DNA from: Felis catus
Lineage: Eukaryota
DNA: 64,000 nucleotides
Assembly (NCBI RefSeq): GCF_018350175.1
Contig: NC_058368.1
Location: 10,602,001-10,666,000, forward strand
Direction of reading: 5' to 3'
Shown here: one piece after another, positions 1 to 12,587 of the stretch
Layout: each line of letters begins with the position of its first letter
Position numbering within the stretch: the stretch's first letter is position 1
Notes under the pieces: generated by a model
Databases searched by the model: none
Told to the model about the DNA's origin: nothing
Seen by the model: the letters and a program-made list of their open reading frames with translations, nothing else
Made by a program: the position numbers and the translations under genes

Positions 1-239
1 TTTGCAGAGTTAGCTTGTCACCTGACTTCAGAGTCCACGCTCAATCACGTAAGTGTGCCTACTGCCCCGGCACAGCTGTGCACCAAAACTGGGGCACTAT
101 CATCGGCCAGCATGCGCAGAGATGAGGCCTCATGTCTCAGTGCACCTGCAGTGACAGAACCAGAGGCCGCAGAAGACACTGAAAACCCAAGAAAAAAAAG
201 AAAAGGCTTTAGCAACGGAGCACCAAGAGAGAAATCGAG

Positions 240-388
240 AAATTGAGGAACGTACTTGTGACGAGCCGTGGGTGATGTATAGAATTGTCGAGTCACTGTA
301 TGGTTCACCTGCGGCTAATAATACAGCACTGTGTGTTAACTATACTGGAATTAAAATAAAATTAAAAATTAAATACGTTAAAAAAAAT
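240..388 (+). mobile_element. L1 3' terminal fragment (carnivore L1_Carn-like)
   Basis: gtgatgtatagaattgtcgagtcactgta...gtgtgttaactatactggaattaaaataaa followed by an A-rich tail resembles the carnivore L1 3' end. Confidence 0.7.
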
Positions 389-719
389 TGTTACGTAAAA
401 AAAATGAAGGACAACGAAAGTTGCAGGTTGGAGGGAGCGACCATCAGTTTCAGGGGATGCCAGGAAACCAGCCCAGTAGAACAGGAATAAGAAACAACAT
501 ACTGGAGACCAGAGCAATTTCTGTGGCATGATGGGGGCTGGGAATATTGCTAAGGACTGAGCACCGTGCAACGGAAGTGAGGAAACAGCTGGTATTTTTT
601 TTTACCAAAAAATACAAAAAAGTATTTTTTACTTAACGATTGTCAGAGAAGCAAACGAAGGAAAGTTATGGTAGCTCGAGAAGCAGGGTTGACGCGAGGT
701 AAGTATACATTTTAAATAC

Positions 720-1640
720 CATTTATTTATTCATTTATTTCATCCGTCCTGATATCATTGGGTTGTTCCCCGTTGTTGACAATTAGGAATAGTGCTGCTA
801 CAAATATTCTCGTAAATGTCTTTGGGAACATGCGCGTGCCCGTTTCGGCTGAACGTATCTGTAGGCGTAGTGATAGTGCATTTCTACATTCCTTGGTAGC
901 ACAGTTTATTGATATTTCAGTCCGATCATGTTAATCAAACCATCTGAAATCTCACCGTGTATGGGTGCCTGCTTGCTCTGGAAATTACTGGTAGCGGTAT
1001 GTCGAAACCCACAGTACATTATTGATACGTGTTTCCTCTTTTGCTAATTTTTGTTGTCTACACTTAGAAGAATACGCAAATTTAGAATAGTCTCTTTAAG
1101 CATATACAGATTTAGACTACTTTATATCTTCTTGGTAAATTGAACTTTTTCTCTCTATAAAACTTCCTTTTCTTATTTCTCGTAATATTTCTCATCTCAA
1201 AGTTTTCTTTGTCTGATATATTTTGCTTTGGGTTTGGAAGGAATCTATTTTTTCTATCTTTTTATTAATAATATCTTACAAGATTTTTTTTTAATGTTCA
1301 TTTATTTTTGAAAGAGAGAGCGATAGAGTGACAGAGTGTAAGTGGGGCAGAGGGGCAGAGAGAGAGGGAGACACAGAATCTGAAGCAGGCTCTGAGCTGT
1401 CAACACAAAGCCTGATGCAGGACTTGAACTCACAAACCATGAGATCATCACCTGAGCTGAAGTCAGACGCTTAACCAACTGAGCCACCCAGGTGCCCCTA
1501 TGTTACAGTATCTTTATATTCTTATATGTAAGATGTGTTTATTATAATCAGAATATAGTTGTTTTTTTTTTTTTGATCCCAACTCCTTGGATCAAATTTT
1601 CCCATTTGTAAAGTATTTGCATCTATTTATGCTTATTACA
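720..1640 (-). mobile_element. Old L1M/L1ME fragments, interrupted by a SINE
   Basis: T-rich antisense L1-like text (ttgggttgttccc...aatagtgctgctacaaatattc; tttgtctgatata); highly diverged, boundaries approximate. Confidence 0.5.
1284..1498 (-). mobile_element. CAN-SINE (SINEC_Fc type)
   Basis: Reverse-strand tRNA-derived head (...actgagccacccaggtgcccc), GA-repeat and poly-T; degenerate TSD tatcttaca/tatgttaca. Confidence 0.95.
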
Positions 1641-2549
1641 ATGATCTAGATGCAAGGTATTTTTTAAGGTGGTGGCAGCATTTGTTCAACTTGCAGGCAG
1701 AGGGGAAAGAAAAAAACAAAAAGGTTGAAAATATAAGAGAGGGAGAAGAAAATGATGACTGATGGGTTGTGTTCTAGAGTGGATGGATGGCAATGATATT
1801 TGGAGTCGAGAACATAAGACAAGGGGCAATCTTATAGAGGAAGCCGGGGAGGATTGGTACAGATCTATGTTTGGGGGTGGTATAAAAAGATGTTTAGGAA
1901 GATTGTCTTTGTTGGCCTCTATTTTTCTCCCAAGGTGGGAACAAGGTCTGCTAAAATATCTGCAAACAGAGCTAAGAGGTTTGGGGACATGGAAAGGTTC
2001 TGCCAGTGCCACTATGGTCTATGGGAAAGGGAGGGTGACAGTGAGAGAGAAAGGTGTTTGGGAAGTGAGGAACATAAAATCCCGCCCCAACTAGCTGTCT
2101 ACTTGATTTTCCAGGGAGTCCCCAAGTCCTACGTCCTTCTAGGTCCACATTGTCGCAGCTCTGAGGGATCGCTTTCCCAGATAGTGCTAATGCTGTCGTT
2201 CCAGTTGGAATAAAACCCTGGAAGGAGTTTATGTGGAATGGCAGAAAGAAGGACTTTTTCATTCATCTCCCTGATTTCTGTCTTACGTGTAATTCGATTT
2301 GATCTGCCTTTTTTTTTCACACAAGCTGGTACCCCTGTATGCCCTATAGTATAATCTTCCTTCTACGTAGACTGTGGCTCACTTAATAGGTCACATGCAT
2401 GTGTACACAGCGTGGTGAGATGGCCAGGGAGCCAATGATGCTGGAAAGCTTGTGATTCACTCGTACTGACCTCTTCTTGGCTTTACGTTTTGCTGGCTTT
2501 TGCTTTCTCGACTCCTGAATCCTTAGCGTAAAATCCTCGCTGCTTGGTG

Positions 2550-2747
2550 AGACAGAGGACCCGGTGGTTAAGTCCGGAGGCTCTGAAATTACATTCCCTA
2601 GTTTCAAAACATGACTCCATCCTTTACAAACTGTGTTATCCTGAGCAAGTTCTTGACCTTCTTGAACTTGTTTCTTTATCTGTAAAATGAGGATAAAAGG
2701 GTATCATCCTCGAAGATTTTTCATGAGGACAAAAATGGCATACGTGT
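2550..2747 (+). mobile_element. MIR, split by an LTR and resuming at about 3144-3180
   Basis: MIR core ctgagcaagttcttgacctt...tctgtaaaatgaggataa; 3' part aaagcagttagcacggtgcc lies after the LTR. Confidence 0.7.
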
Positions 2748-3143
2748 TGTGATGATTAGTTTAAGCTGTCACCTTGGTTACACCATAGTAGCCAGCTATT
2801 CAAGTAAATACTACATCTAAGGGTTGCTGTGAAGGTATTTCATAGATGTGGTCAACATCTGCAATCCAATGACATCAAGTAAAGGAGATTATCCTCTACA
2901 ACCTGAATTGGTGGCATCCAATCGGTTGAAAAGCCTTAAGAGAAACACTGAGATTTCCTGAGAAGAAAGAAATTCTGCTTCAAGATGGCTGCATCAGCTC
3001 CCGCCTGAGAGTCTCTGGCCTGCTGGCCTGCCACAGAGGCTTTGAATTTGCCAGCCTCACCACTGTGTAAGGCAATTCCTTAAAGTAGATCTCAATTGTA
3101 CACATATCCCATTGGTTCCGTCGCTCTGGACAACCCTAATGCA
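2748..3143 (+). mobile_element. ERVL solo LTR (MLT2-like)
   Basis: TG...CA termini; MLT2-type motifs gttgctgtgaaggtatttcatagatgtg, aaaggagattatcctc, cccattggttc. Confidence 0.85.
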
Positions 3144-3719
3144 TTCGTGCAAAGCAGTTAGCACGGTGCCTTGTTCATCACAGTCCCCACAAAGCATAGA
3201 CCTATCATGATGATTTTCTGCATATGTGTTTAATATAGGGAATGCTTTCTAGAAACATGGGCTGCTGGGGGTCATCCCTATGAAAAGGCGATCCTGACAG
3301 CTATTCATTCTTGTCATACTTCCTGAAGTTGTGACATGTCTCTGTTCCATTTTTCCAGCGCAACGACGTGATGAGCTCTATAACGTCTTAGGTCTTGCAA
3401 GGCCCTCTACGTGGCAGCTGATTTTCACTCTTGCTTCTCTGACATTCTCCTGGGAAGGCCACTAGCCACTCAGCCTGCACTTCACATCACCCTGAAGCTG
3501 TTCCGTGAGGCTTTGCAGCAGCCGAGGCACTGTCACCTGCGTACCCTGTTTAGTTTTGTCAGAGTTGAACCACAAGAATATACAATAATGGGAGAGAGAC
3601 CAAAGAGTTAAACCTTATTCAGACTGAGCAAAGCGCCTTCCGGGAAGCTGGTTCACTGGCTAAGAATACTCTGTGTCCTACACATGATACTCTATGTACT
3701 GTACTCATTGTACATAAGG

Positions 3720-3785
3720 AAACAGGTTTTTTGTAGGTCAAAAAGGTTGAATGTTGGCAATTTCATATGCTTCGCCGTATAATTA
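3720..3785. mobile_element. MER53-like hAT fragment
   Basis: ttttgtaggtcaaaaaggttgaatgttggcaatttcatatg resembles the MER53 terminus. Confidence 0.5.
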
Positions 3786-4399
3786 TACTCTGACTTGCTA
3801 TAATGGATTTATAGAGTCTCTATTTTTAATAAAAATATTTCTGTGCTATATAGGGCAGTGCTCAACAACATATGTGTATAATTCATGTTGCTATTCTTAG
3901 ACTTTTAGTCGTAGCAAAAGATCCAGATCTTGGCCTTAATACTTTCCTGGGGTTGGTGTCGGTTTCTTGGAGAAATGGGGAGGTGGGCTAAGCATGGAGG
4001 CTGGGTGTGCTCTCTCATTATTGACATCACAACAGGCAGTTTGCAGCTTAAGTCTCCAGCCCAGAGTGTCCTCACTGAGCCATTTGTTTGCTCTAGCTGA
4101 CCCAGATATTACAGTGGGGATAGATGAGTATTAGGTGTCACATTATGAGCTCCTCTCCGCCAGTAAGCTATTTTCACTATATTGGGGGTTTTCAGTACAG
4201 ACAGCACCAAAGATGGGGGCAAAATGCTAAGTAATGCTATGTATACACACACGGGGTTTTGGAAAGGAGAAAGATGCTGAATGTTACTTAATGAAAAGAT
4301 GAAAAAAATCCTGTCTCATACTTCACATCATCTACATAAATAAGCAAAGCGCCACGTACTTAATGAATGATCAATAAAAATATGAACTGAAGTGTGTCA

Positions 4400-4590
4400 T
4401 AGAGTAGTATGAAGGCCTTGACTTTAGAGCTGGATTAACTGGGTTTGAATCCTAGGTCTGTCACTAAATAGTTGTATAGCTGTTGGCAAGTTAACCTCCC
4501 TGTGATTCAGTTTTTTCTTCTGAAAAATGGTGATGGAAACAATCCTCTATCTTAAAAGGTTGTGGCGGGGTATTTGTAAGCTATAATGTC
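4400..4590 (+). mobile_element. MIR
   Basis: gggtttgaatcctaggtctgtcacta...ggcaagttaacctccctgtgattcagtttt. Confidence 0.75.
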
Positions 4591-4689
4591 TATTCTATAA
4601 AAAGCATGGTATATGCTATTATTAAGTGAATGACTTTTAGTACATAGGAGAAGTTTTAAAGTTCAAATTGTGAAAAAAAGGTCCAGAGT

Positions 4690-4797
4690 GGGGTGCCTGG
4701 CTGGCTCAGTCAGTGGAACATGCAACCCTTGATCTCCGGGTCATGAGTCTGAGGCCCATGTTGGGTACAGAGACTGCTTAAATATTTAAAAAAAAAT
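4690..4797 (+). mobile_element. Short, older CAN-SINE lacking the CT repeat
   Basis: ggggtgcctggctggctcagtcagtggaacatgcaacccttgatctc head and A tail; TSD 4657-4672 / 4798-4813 (14/16). Confidence 0.85.
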
Positions 4798-5705
4798 TAA
4801 AATTCAAACTGTGTCACAAAGCAGCATTAAATTCCTAAAAAGCCAACAATTCACAAACTGCCCAAACTCCAGAAACTCCAGTTTTTTCTTCCTGTATTAG
4901 AATGGTATGCTATTAATTACTGTGTGCTATTATGTAGGTCATAGGCCAGACTGGATCTCTTGTCTCTCGATTTAGGAAGACTTTTGTCATATCTATTTCT
5001 TCTCTATCCCATTTCTTCCTCCTGGTATTTGATACACCCTTGCCAAACGTCTGAAATGGCTTATGCAATCATTTCTCTCCCTAATAACCGATGACCATGG
5101 CATTGGTATTGATCACTAAGAACAGCCAATAAGATAACCTGACCGATACATCCACATCTACTTCCTGAGTTTCAAATTGAAGACTGGGTGTATTTTGTCC
5201 ACTATGAGTTAAAAACGAATGTATTTTGCTCTCATATTGCTATGTGGCATTTTAGAATTCAACTGTTTGTAATCAAAGGAAAGCACTGTTCCAAACTACC
5301 AGCTTCTCTGAATGCTATACCTCATGGGAATTCAGAGAAACCCTAAGCATCTTTATCAGTTATTTTCAAAAGATTTATCGGAGGAAGCTTGGCATCTTAA
5401 CACTGCATGATTTTTCTCGCTGCTCTGAAAACTTCATTCAGATTCACCCCAAAGCCACTGAACTTGCATCAAAAAATTCAGCCTTAGAGCAGAGAAGTGG
5501 CCTTTTCAATAAAAGTGATAAAAATAACCTAAAATTTCCAGGGTGCCTTTCTTCTCAAAAACTCATAAAGCCTTTACACAATTCGGTAGAAGGATTTTTA
5601 TCCCAGAAGGGTTTCTTTCCTTGGGTGGCATTTGATTGGAAAAGTTTCTCAAAGTTTACATATATTTCTGAATCTCCTTCTCATCTTCTGTGGTGGTGTT
5701 GTCAG

Positions 5706-5739
5706 ATTCAACACATTTCAATATTCAACACATTTCAAT
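5706..5739. repeat. Perfect 17-bp tandem duplication
   Basis: attcaacacatttcaat x2. Confidence 0.9.
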
Positions 5740-6624
5740 TTAACTTATTATGGATGCCTATTCCTTTTTTTAAAGGAAAAAAGCAGCATTAAGAGCAGTC
5801 ATTTTTCTCAGTCCCTTTATCGTTCAATGTCTCTGGATAGCATTTTGTTCCTAAATCTTTCCTTCTTGTGCAGCCATTTCTACCTTCATCCTTCCATTTC
5901 ATTTGGGGTATTCCCACTAGGGTTTACGAGCTGACATAGTGCTAATACTCCAGGACCTTGGGCACCAATTAACAGCCTGACTTTTTAATAAGAGTCTCAT
6001 ATTCTATTAACTGCTGTTCAGACCTTTGAGGCTTGGCTCTCCCAGAAAGTTAAATCTGTCTCCTTCCATTGTGTGACGGTTAATCCTATTATCTGTACTT
6101 CTGTCCCTCCGTCCACCCTGCGCGTACATTTGTTGTTGGTGTTAAAGAAATCAGCTTATATTCCTACGCCCTTCCATTCTTAATTTCTTAATTTTTTTTT
6201 TCAGTATTTCTTTAATTTCATCCGCAGTATTCAAATTTTCCAACTTTGCTTTAGTCGTATGCTATAAAAGCAAGTATTTCTGTATTTCAGAATCTTTTTT
6301 TCTATTATAAGGGCAACATACGTTCATTACAAAAAGAGTCAAACATTCCATATATAATTTCACCCCAATGAGATTAACAGTGCCCATATTTCCCCCCAGT
6401 TTTGTTTATAACTTAAAAAAATCCAAATTGAGATCATACCTAATTGGAATGAAGTTTAAGAAAAATCAGAACCAAAAAGGAACTAGGGCACTAAGCATAA
6501 TGCACCAAGTATTTATAGATTTTCTACATTATAGATTTATAATGGATACATTTCTATAGATTTAAAACATTTTATAAGATTTTTTGAGCCCTTTCCCAAG
6601 TCTTACTACTTTTTAAAAAAAGAT

Positions 6625-6650
6625 CCCCCCCCCCCCCCCCCCCCCCCCCC
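6625..6650. repeat. Poly-C run (26 nt)
   Basis: Uninterrupted C homopolymer. Confidence 0.95.
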
Positions 6651-6711
6651 GCCAAACTGCATGAGCTTATTGTCTGAAAGCACCTGAGGGTTTAGGTACT
6701 TGTACTCCTAA

Positions 6712-6719
6712 GTGTGTGT

Positions 6720-6754
<35 letters not shown>
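6712..6754. repeat. (GT)n microsatellite
   Basis: GT run with one interruption. Confidence 0.95.
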
Positions 6755-6755
<1 letters not shown>

Positions 6756-6759
6756 TATA

Positions 6760-6900
6760 TGCATGGTTTATTTCAAGAAATTGGCTCGTGTGATTGGGGG
6801 TAAGGCTGGCAAGTCTGAAATCTGTAGGGCAGGCCACCAGCAGGCTGAAAACTCAGGCAGGGTTTGTAAGTTACAAGACTATCTTGAGATAGTCTTGAGG
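6760..6900 (-). mobile_element. MLT2-like LTR fragment
   Basis: tttatttcaagaaattggctcgtgtgattg...ggctggcaagtctgaaatctgtagggcaggcc matches antisense MLT2. Confidence 0.7.
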
Positions 6901-8589
6901 TAAGAGGAATGGAATTTTGTGCCCAAGTAAGCCACTTAGCCATCTCTTAAATAATTGTCTCCATTTATCGTCAGGAACCAGGCAAGCCCATAACAAAGGC
7001 CCAGAAGATGCTCTCGATGAACAGTAAGTAGTTGAAGAACAATCTAGAACTCAAAGAAGTGCTTAGAGTCACTTATTCCTTCCTGGTTCTATTACTGAAT
7101 CTGTGTTCATTTAAATAACTTCCATTTCTTAATGATTCTTATTTTCAAAGGTGAAAACTCCACATGACAATCAATCAACAATCATCATTATCAAACTTTT
7201 AAGGGGCAGGTGAATTCCTGTCCTGTTAAAACTCTTTAACAGAACAAAAAAAGATAAAACTCATCCCAATTTAATACTGTGCAGCCACGTTATTAGGCAT
7301 TAAGAAGGCTGTGACCAGGTCCCTGTCTTCACTGGTGTCAGGGTCTCTGGAATTAACTGTTGCTTTAAACAATATATTGTAGAAAGAAAAGTACAAAATA
7401 CTCTATCCTATAAAATACATGAAAAAACCTCCTATGTGAACATTAATAAGTTGAGTCCAGGGCTTACTTGCCCAGGTGCTGGCACAGAGAAAGCAGATCT
7501 GATACCATCCAGGGATGAGATTTGTTTGGGAAGGTCAGAAAAAAAGAAAGATGGAGAAGAGAGTTTAGAGTTAGAGTTTAGAGTGGGATGGAGACGCTAT
7601 ACCATCAAATTTACAATGCGGAGGGAGGGAAGTGAAAAGAGGTGGGGCTGCTGGAGGCAGTGGGGAAGACCACATTTATGAGCCAGAGGCCGCACTGATA
7701 GTTCCAAGAGTGGGTCAAGGGTGATACGCCCAGGTAGCATGCACTTCACAGGGCAGGGTCTTTACTGGAAGGTGGAGGAGTAGGGAGTAAGGAGTAGGGA
7801 GAAGCATGACCTCATTTCTTGATCTGAGGAATAACAACATGATAATTGTAATGACGGAATACTAAGAACTACCATTTCTGGAGCCCTCACGCGGTACCAA
7901 GCTGTGATCTATCCTATCTCACTGAACAAGGGTGTGAGAAAACGAGCACCTTCCTGGCACTGCAGAATTGGTGCCACCAGGAGAGAGCTTGTCACAGTTA
8001 AGGTGTGGAAAGGAGGAGGGGGTTCCCAGAGCTGTCTGAGGACACAGGGGAATTTGTAGGTAAAGGGGAGTGCAAGAGGGCAGAATATAAGGACTTCAGA
8101 GGAAGGGGGCTGAGTGGGAGTGGGGAAAGGATGAATAACCAGTGGGACGTGTCCCATGCCTTATGTAATAACGGGGGGGGGGGGAAGCAGACTTGGGGTA
8201 CAGGGCATTTAGACTTGATCATTGCTAGGGGTTGATGGGCTCTCTCTAGAGGAAAAACAAAGGACAGTGAAAGATGAATCACGGCCCAGAGAAGAAGTCC
8301 AGGTGTGGGGAGTGGAAAGAGGGCAGAGGGCAGAGCAGGGGCAGCTTAGAGGGTCTCTACTTGGTCCTCTTTCAGGGGTGGTTGGAGGCAGAATGGAGAG
8401 GAAGGGCTGGAGCCTGCCAACGACACTCAGGCCATGAGTAGAGGCATTTTTTTCCCCCTATTTCTTCAGAGAGTTGGCATCACTGAATATACATATTTAT
8501 TTTCAGGTTTTCATGAGGAATAAGGCTTCTGGAGGTTCTTGAGCTATTTGGTATCTACAAATATGTCTCGCGTTCTTACTTGTGCTGTT

Positions 8590-9060
8590 CAGTGCCACTG
8601 GGAGACAAAGACGTGAACAACAGGGCCCGTGCGCTCGAGAGACTGAGAGTCTAGTTGCGAAGAAAGGTCATGACAAGTCAAATAATATGAAATGTCGATA
8701 AGACAAAACAAAGTCATAATTAAGTATATGGCATTTGGGAAATAAAGTCTGTGGATACATAGGTATCTGAAATCAGAGAAAGGAAGTAGAGCCAAGTGGT
8801 ATTTGAAGGTTTGAGAGGGGACGAGAACAGTTGGCACAGGAAGTGAAACAGCATTTGGGCACGTCGAGGAAAACTGCACTTCAAGCACTGAGCGAGTCAT
8901 CAGCAAAATTAAGAGAGCAGGTAGCAGAAGGCTCGTGTTGGAGCAGTTGTGGTAAAGGAACTAGAGAGGCAGCGAGGCCTGAGTGAGGACGGCCTTGAAT
9001 GCCGGGATGAAGAGCTAAAGAGGCAGGATATATCCTGTGGGCAGCGAGAAGCCAGGAGGG
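8590..9060 (-). mobile_element. L2 fragment
   Basis: Purine-rich antisense L2-like text (ggccttgaatgcc...gagctaaagagg...atcctgtgggcagcgagaagcca). Confidence 0.5.
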
Positions 9061-10661
9061 TATGAGTCTTCACTCTGCTCTCTGTAAGCTTTCTCCTTAG
9101 AATATTGTTCTGTAAAACAATTGCATGTGATTAGCTCCAGGATGCCCACCAACAACCAAAAAAAAAAAAAAAAATCTTTGATTTGGGACCAGGCACTATG
9201 CTTTTCAAGGCCAGAGTGTGGTAGTTCTTGGCAACTGCTGTCTTTCGTGGGTGGGGATACAGGAAGAAAAAAAGCACATTCAGAGGCATGCCTAACCTAG
9301 ATGTGTTTGTTTTCAAATGTTAACCAACTGGTTTCGGAATAGACTGAGAAGGAAAAAAATGCAGTGTGCAAAGCGTGGAGTTTAGGGATCCACAAGAAGA
9401 AACAGAACAGGGAATGTGCCGACGGCCGAATGATTTCAACACGCGTGGGTGGACTGGGTATGTTTCAACAGATCTGGTCTTTGTGAGTCCGTGTGGCTTG
9501 AGGACAGGCAAGCCTACTGTGTCTGGCCTCAAGCTCATCATGAGACCACACCAATATGTTAACCCAAACTGAGAATGATGAACTCCTTCCTTCTTGTGTG
9601 TCCGGGTGCATTTATGAGCACGTGGCCGTAGAGATAAGGAACTGTCGCGCGCATTTGTGTGTTGAAACACACACTCGATAACCGGCTAATGCTTGGCCTT
9701 ACGTTGGACCACACGAATAAAGTTAAACCATTCGAGGAGCAAAGGAATGTTTGGTGAAAATAAAATAAAATTCCCATTTGAGGTGTGGACAGTTTAATCC
9801 ATAAAGTTAATTATAGGAAAAAGAATAAACAGAGAGTTCTTATATATGTTTCTTAAATTCCGTACAGTCATTATGTTGTCACCATCTCTCCATATTCCTG
9901 TTGTGGTCATGTCCTTCCTGGTATTCTGACTTCTAAACAACAGTGACAATTATGCATCTGGAACAAAAGTCTTAGAATCCCACCCCACTTCTACATACTA
10001 TCAGAATGTTTGCAATCTCTCTGTTTTTCTATTACTTGAAGCACCAAAGTCAGCATATCTTTTAATTAATCCTGAAGTCTTCAGCTAATAATCAGATCAA
10101 TTAAATGAGAGAACAAAATACATGTAAAATTGGAAAAAGATAGTTCATTGAGATGGGAAAGCTGAGGTGGTGGGGGGGGGGACACTGACTGAAGTTGTTT
10201 ATTTAGTAAAGCCTTTTCTCCACCACACATGACATAAAAGTACATGTCAGTTCTGTGGCTGTCCAAAAATGTCTGATTGTTAAGTCAATGAAGATTTTTT
10301 GAAAATTATTTGAACTTTAAACATTAAGATTTCCTGGCTATTATGGACAAGACATTCTATGGAAATGAACACACAATTAGAAGGGCCATGTCTCATCTTT
10401 GCTCTGGGGACACTGGATATATTCCCAACATGGGAAAAGCCATTTCTAAGTGTCTCACTGAAAGAAGTAACAAATTCTTACAGTACCCAAAATATTGTCA
10501 CTTGAAACAGCCAGGGAATTAACAGCAAATGACCAATGAATGAATACATCTCTGGGCACCGCATCTCAGATCACTCCTGAGCTACTTCTCAAAAGAGTTT
10601 ATGAACTGAGGTTTAGATTTCTATCAGTATGTTAGATTTGAACCATAAAAAGCATCTCTCA

Positions 10662-10839
10662 GAGCGCCTGGGTGGCTCAGTCAGTGAAGTGTCCGGCTCT
10701 TGATTTCGGCTCAGGTCATGATCTCACGGTTGTGAGATCGAGCCCTGCATTAGGCTCTGTGCTGAGTGTGGAACCTGCTTAAGATTCTCTCTCTCCCTCT
10801 GCCCCTCCCCCGCTCACACTCATGCTTTCCCTCAAAAAT
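10662..10839 (+). mobile_element. CAN-SINE (older subfamily with tcttgatttc insert)
   Basis: gcgcctgggtggctcagtc head, CT-rich body, A tail; TSD aaaagcatctctca/aaaagcatatctca. Confidence 0.95.
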
Positions 10840-11619
10840 AAAAGCATATCTCATGCACTTAATAGAGTACCGGGCTGGGCCTTGGAGATGTTCCTGAGCT
10901 CTGTTTCCAGCCACACAATGACAGTGATCCCTGCTATATGGAAAACCACAGTACACATACCACACCACCTGAGACAGGCAGCACCATGGGCATGGAAATG
11001 GGCATAAGCTACTTTTAACGATCATAGTTCAATGTAAGTAATGAACAAAATGTCTGATGGGGTGGAGGATGGGAGGCCTGGAGGCTTTGGGGAGAGTAGG
11101 AGGTGAGCTCTGAGACACAGCCTTGGATGATATATTTAGTTAAAAGGTGAAATTATTACTCCTCTTCTAGGAAATGAGTCAAGGTCTGGAAGAAGAGGTG
11201 GAAGTTGTATAACTTGTTGGAGCGACGGGAAAAAGTTTAATAAACTGTGGCGGGAGGCATGAAGACATTTTCCAGGCAAACATTAATGAAGTGAATCTCT
11301 CAGGACTAAGGAGCTCCATCCAGCACAAGCTCACCCAGTAGAAATATTATCTTTAAATCTTGCTCAATACTAGATGTGTTAGAACATATTGTACCCTTTG
11401 TTTGAGAAGGCCAGTTCATGTGTGTCCCCTTTCCTGAATTTCAGGAAGCCTCATGGTTGACACTTCCCCCTTTGCAGGACCCTAGTTTTCCATTCCTCAG
11501 CTACACTGGGCCAGTCCATAAATCTAGATGTACTTCCAGTGTTTTCTCTGCCCATGCTCTAGAGGGTGCCATTTTACCTCTTGAAACAAAACACCTTTCT
11601 CTTTGATCCTTTTGAATGC

Positions 11620-11912
11620 TCATTAAATGCCAACTACTTTAAAAATATCCTCTGATCATTCCACTTTGATTTGAATCGCTTCCTGCTCTGGACAGGACAC
11701 CTATGCAGACACCTATAGCATTTTCTACCTATGATGAATTCAACCCATTTCATCCTATATTAGGGTTATCTTCCCTAAACAATCCTCAGTTGCAATATAT
11801 TATCAAAATTTATGAGTATATAGATTTTTGTTTTTTCTTTGGACCCTTGCCTATACCTACCTAGCACAGCTCTTACACACAGAATGTGTTTACCAAATAT
11901 TTGTTGAATGAA
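11620..11912 (+). mobile_element. L2 3' end fragments
   Basis: acctagcacagc...aaatatttgttgaatgaa L2 terminus. Confidence 0.55.
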
Positions 11913-12354
11913 ACAAAAGCAATACTTTCTGAACGACATTGAGTTGATGCTATAAAAAATGGTTCCTTTTCTGGAGAACTCCTGTACTGAGAAGTAGGAC
12001 CAGAGTTTCATACAGCCTGGGATTCTTGGGGCTGGATTTGAAGTGGGGTTAGTATGGACTTGGTTCTTGGATTGCAGAATATGGTGCTAAGGGGGTTCAC
12101 AAGATAGTGTCGTAGGGTGAAGCCAGATTTGAGAATGAAATGGTTCAAAAGGAGTATCAACCAAAGAGGCAGCGACCAAGAGTCCACCAGCATGGACTAC
12201 ACCGGTTGGGCAGAGAAATGACTAGCAAGTACAATTAAAAGAATCTTCTCGAGGCCACTGGAGTAAGAATATTGGAATCTGGTTAAAGAATTAAGTGGAA
12301 TAAACTCTTTGTGACACTTTACCCCTTTATTGTTTCATCCAGTGAGATTTCAAA

Positions 12355-12587
12355 TGTATTTCTTAAAAATTTATTTATTTTAATAGAGAGAATATGAACA
12401 TGAGTCGGGGAGAGGCAGAGAGAGAGAGGGAGACAGAGAATCCTAGGCAGGCTCTGCATTGTCAGTGCAGAGCCTGTGAGAGGGATCCATGTCATGAACT
12501 ATGAGATCATGATCTGATCCGAAATCACGAGTCAGACTGAGCCGCTCAACTGAGTGAGTCCCACCAACTGAGCCACTCAAACACCAC
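12355..12587 (-). mobile_element. CAN-SINE with rearranged A-box region
   Basis: Perfect 19-bp TSD catccagtgagatttcaaa at 12336-12354 and 12588-12606; GA-repeat body. Confidence 0.9.

Noticed and set aside
1572..1596. Small hairpin tttgatcc...ggatcaaa
   Set aside because: An 8-bp stem is expected by chance in 64 kb
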